Of a DNA stretch of 64,000 bases, positions 61,505 through 64,000 are shown piece after piece. Each line of letters starts with the position of its first letter. Positions within the stretch are counted from its first letter, which is position 1. Under the pieces are notes generated by a model. That model saw only the letters and a program-made list of their open reading frames with translations, ran no database searches and had not been told where the DNA came from. Source of the DNA: a virus (taxonomy: Duplodnaviria; Heunggongvirae; Uroviricota; Caudoviricetes); IMG/VR virus record IMGVR_UViG_3300014043_000003, positions 5,850 through 69,849 of that record, one strand, 5' to 3'. The position numbers and the translations under genes are program-made.

Positions 61505-64000
61505 TCATGAATTGAACAAAGCGTCGATCTGGGCCTCCGTCACGATCGACACATCGTCATTTGTAACGAATTGCGTAGTATCAATGGCATTGCCCATGAG
61601 CTTCCAGTCTTCGCCGTCCCAGAAGTATGTGCTTTGCTCGTCATCGACGTACCAGACATCGCCGCTCTTGTTTCCAGAAGCGGGGAGATCCGTATAGGAC
61701 GTCTTTGAACCCTTGATTTCAAAGGCGGAGGCGACAGCCGCAGTGATCGCATTAGAGACAAACTCCGTTGTGGCAATCTGCGTCGTGTTCGTGCCGGATG
61801 CAGCCGTCGGGGCTGTGGGAGTGCCTGTAAATGCGGGGCTTGCGAGAGGCGCTCTTGAGGTGTCCGTCGGGTGGATGTGGTCTGCTCTGGCAAAGTTCTG
61901 GGAGGTGCCGGGGGATGCTACACCGTCCACGACGGGGTTGGCATCTGACAGATCGGCGTGGGTGACGAAATCTGAGTCGTTCGTTATATCTGAGGTCTTC
62001 GTCGGGACCGTGATATCCACAGATTTGTTGACCACAGACTGGGCAGTGCCGTTGACCTTCACGCTTTCGATCACATTGACCTGAGATCCGGCTTCGATCG
62101 CGTCGAGCTTTGCTTTCAGAGGATCGGTGAAGTCGTTCTTGGACAGGCCGTAGCCCGTGACCTTATCCACTTTCCCGGATTCGAGCTGGCCGATCTTCTC
62201 GCCCACACTCCCGGTTGTATAAGCAGTTCCGGTCTGATACCCAATGTCCCCGGCTCCGATTTCGACCGCAGCCACGTCCAGAGCATGGCCGTTTACAGTG
62301 GTAGTCTTGTTGACCTTATCGTCGCCGAGGTTTGCCACGTTCTGCTTGAGCGTTTTCACCTCAGCGCCCACGGTGCCGCTGTTGTAGGTCTCACTGTCGG
62401 AGTATCCGATATCCCCAGGACCCACAACGACGTTCGCGCTCAATGCGTGTCCGTTGACCGTGGTGGTCTTGTCGGCCTTCGTACTGCCGAGGTTATCCGA
62501 AGCATCGGAGAGGCTTTTCACCTTGGCTCCGATGGACCCGGTCTGATACTCAGCACCATTGTTGTAGCTGATATCTCCTGGGCCGACAACAACATCGTCT
62601 GTCAGCGCGTGGCCGTTTACCTTTGTGGATTTATCTGCCTTTGTGCTGCCAAGAGTGTCTGCAGTATCGGAAAGACTCTTGACCTTCGCCCCGAGGCTTC
62701 CAGCCTGGTAATTCGTGCTGTTGCTGTAAGCAATGTCCTCCGGGCCGACGACAACATCATCCGCAAGGGAATGACCGTTTACGGTGGTATCCTTGTCGGC
62801 CTTGGTGTCTCCGAGGCTTTCTGAGGCGACAGTCAGATCCTTCACCTGTTTGCCAAGGGTGTTGGCATCATAGGAGGCGGTCCTGTCAAAAGCGATGTCC
62901 CCGGAGCCTACAACGACATTATCGCTGAGGGCATGCCCGTTGACAGTCGTGACTTTATCGACCTTGGTGTCTTCGAGCGTATCGGCCTTATCTGAAAGGC
63001 TCTTCACCTTTGTTCCGAGAGATCCGGACTGGTACTCGCCGCTGTCGCTATACGCTATATCCCCCGGTCCTACAACGACATTTGCACTCAGGGCATGACC
63101 ATTCACGGTCGTGGTCTTATCTGCTTTTACGTCGTTGAGGTTCTCCGAAGCGGTGGTCAGGTCCTTGACCTGCTTGCCCAAGCTGTTGTTCTCGTAAGTC
63201 TCCGCTTGGCTGAAGGCGATGTCCCCGGCGCCGACGGTCACATCTGATTCAAGAGAATGACCGTTGACCTTTGTTGCCGCATCAGCCTTGACGCTTCTGA
63301 GGATGTTAAGGGCATTTCCGATAGTCCCGGCGTCAAACTGCTGTGTAGGCTCATAGCTGATGTCGTTCGGGGTAATGGTTACATTGCTGGACAGCGCATG
63401 CCCATTTACCGTTGTGGTCTTGTCCACCTTGACGGACATGTCAGGCTGGAAATTCTCTTCGCTGACATAGGCGGGATAGCCGTCTGCGGAGCTTGCCGCA
63501 AAGTACTCGAAGATCCCGGCGGCGAAGCTGGCAAACTCCACCTTGTAGGAAGTCACACCCGCGGAGGTCTCGGTCTCTACCCTATAGCAGAGGCAGATCG
63601 ACTCAAGGCCCCCGTTGGATTCCTGGTAATAAAGGACGCCGTTGGATATGGCGTCCTTGCATTCCTGCCATGTGAGGTTGAGCTTTGCCGGCTCTCCTGA
63701 CTCCTGATCGAAAATCAGACGGGCAATCGTTATTTTGGGGGCATCAGGGTCCAGTCTGCCGAGCTTTGTCTTCTCCTCCAGGGTGAAATTCTCGTCAGAG
63801 AGGGCTTTTCCCATGACCTTGTCCACTTTCATGGACAGGGCATCAAAGATGGCTCTGTTCTCCACGGGATTCGTGGAGCTGTCGGAGATCTGACGGTCGA
63901 TTACGGTATTGGTGGCGTTCGCCTCGATACCGGCCAGCTTGTTTTTCTCCGGTGTGGTGTAGTCGTTCGTCGAAAGGCCTTTTCCTGAGACCTTGTTGAC
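61505..64000 (-). CDS. Tail fibre protein with about nine tandem 47-aa repeats; 5' end beyond the window
   Basis: Repeats of ..TTVNGHALSxNVVVGPGDIAYSxSxxYQxGSLGxKVKSLSDxxDxLxxTKADK.. The track ORF starts at M 63865, but the same frame stays open upstream to the window end, with tail-fibre-like sequence (KGLSTNDYTTPEKNKLAGIEANATNTV..). Confidence 0.65.
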   Translation of the reverse strand, partial: VNKVSGKGLSTNDYTTPEKNKLAGIEANATNTVIDRQISDSSTNPVENRAIFDALSMKVDKVMGKALSDENFTLEEKTKLGRLDPDAPKITIARLIFDQESGEPAKLNLTWQECKDAISNGVLYYQESNGGLESICLCYRVETETSAGVTSYKVEFASFAAGIFEYFAASSADGYPAYVSEENFQPDMSVKVDKTTTVNGHALSSNVTITPNDISYEPTQQFDAGTIGNALNILRSVKADAATKVNGHSLESDVTVGAGDIAFSQAETYENNSLGKQVKDLTTASENLNDVKADKTTTVNGHALSANVVVGPGDIAYSDSGEYQSGSLGTKVKSLSDKADTLEDTKVDKVTTVNGHALSDNVVVGSGDIAFDRTASYDANTLGKQVKDLTVASESLGDTKADKDTTVNGHSLADDVVVGPEDIAYSNSTNYQAGSLGAKVKSLSDTADTLGSTKADKSTKVNGHALTDDVVVGPGDISYNNGAEYQTGSIGAKVKSLSDASDNLGSTKADKTTTVNGHALSANVVVGPGDIGYSDSETYNSGTVGAEVKTLKQNVANLGDDKVNKTTTVNGHALDVAAVEIGAGDIGYQTGTAYTTGSVGEKIGQLESGKVDKVTGYGLSKNDFTDPLKAKLDAIEAGSQVNVIESVKVNGTAQSVVNKSVDITVPTKTSDITNDSDFVTHADLSDANPVVDGVASPGTSQNFARADHIHPTDTSRAPLASPAFTGTPTAPTAASGTNTTQIATTEFVSNAITAAVASAFEIKGSKTSYTDLPASGNKSGDVWYVDDEQSTYFWDGEDWKLMGNAIDTTQFVTNDDVSIVTEAQIDALFNS

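Overview
This 64 kb window looks like a temperate phage or prophage genome of a Gram-positive (Firmicutes-like) host. Almost all genes are on the minus strand. The conventional content is as follows. (1) A lysogeny module: a CI-like repressor and a divergent early operon with two back-to-back consensus sigma70 promoters at about 19.0-19.1 kb, an excisionase-like gene, and a tyrosine integrase at 20.5-21.8 kb followed by an att-like repeat region. (2) A replication and recombination module on the minus strand: RusA, a DNA methyltransferase, a DnaC-like loader, a replisome organizer, SSB, an MBL hydrolase and RecT. (3) A long accessory region of small cysteine-rich and hypothetical genes, an SPFH protein, a radical-SAM protein, a PAPS-reductase-like protein, a dCTP deaminase and an ArdC-like antirestriction protein. 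(4) A C5-cytosine methyltransferase interrupted by a LAGLIDADG intein. (5) A lysis cassette with two holin-like proteins and a CHAP/PG-binding endolysin. (6) Tail-fibre genes. Two systems stand out. The first is a compact CRISPR locus at 2.6-5.5 kb. Three mini-arrays with related but distinct 33-bp repeats and 32-34 bp spacers flank a 490-aa TnpB/Cas12f-like protein that has the RuvC and zinc-finger architecture. Its RuvC-I aspartate is replaced by lysine. Each array is followed by a homologous structured region of about 150-230 nt ending in a hairpin plus T-run. No cas1, cas2 or cas4 is present. This is a candidate miniature phage-borne type-V-like, possibly nuclease-attenuated, system, and I consider it the most novel feature. 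The second is a complete diversity-generating retroelement at 55.0-59.3 kb: a reverse transcriptase with the I/VGxxxSQ motif, a template repeat, an accessory ORF, and two paralogous tail-fibre target genes whose C-terminal variable repeats differ from the template only at template adenines and are each followed by a conserved GC hairpin. Other notable observations are an inverted duplicated two-gene module (5757-6260 versus 23754-24382), a recurring GCACAA/TTGTGC palindromic motif just upstream of consensus promoters and in the CRISPR leaders, a candidate origin of replication inside the replisome-organizer gene, an in-frame amber codon in a small gene, and a 141-bp tandem-repeat tail-fibre gene that runs off the window end. 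I could not run any searches, so all functional calls rest on motifs recognised by eye in the supplied translations.
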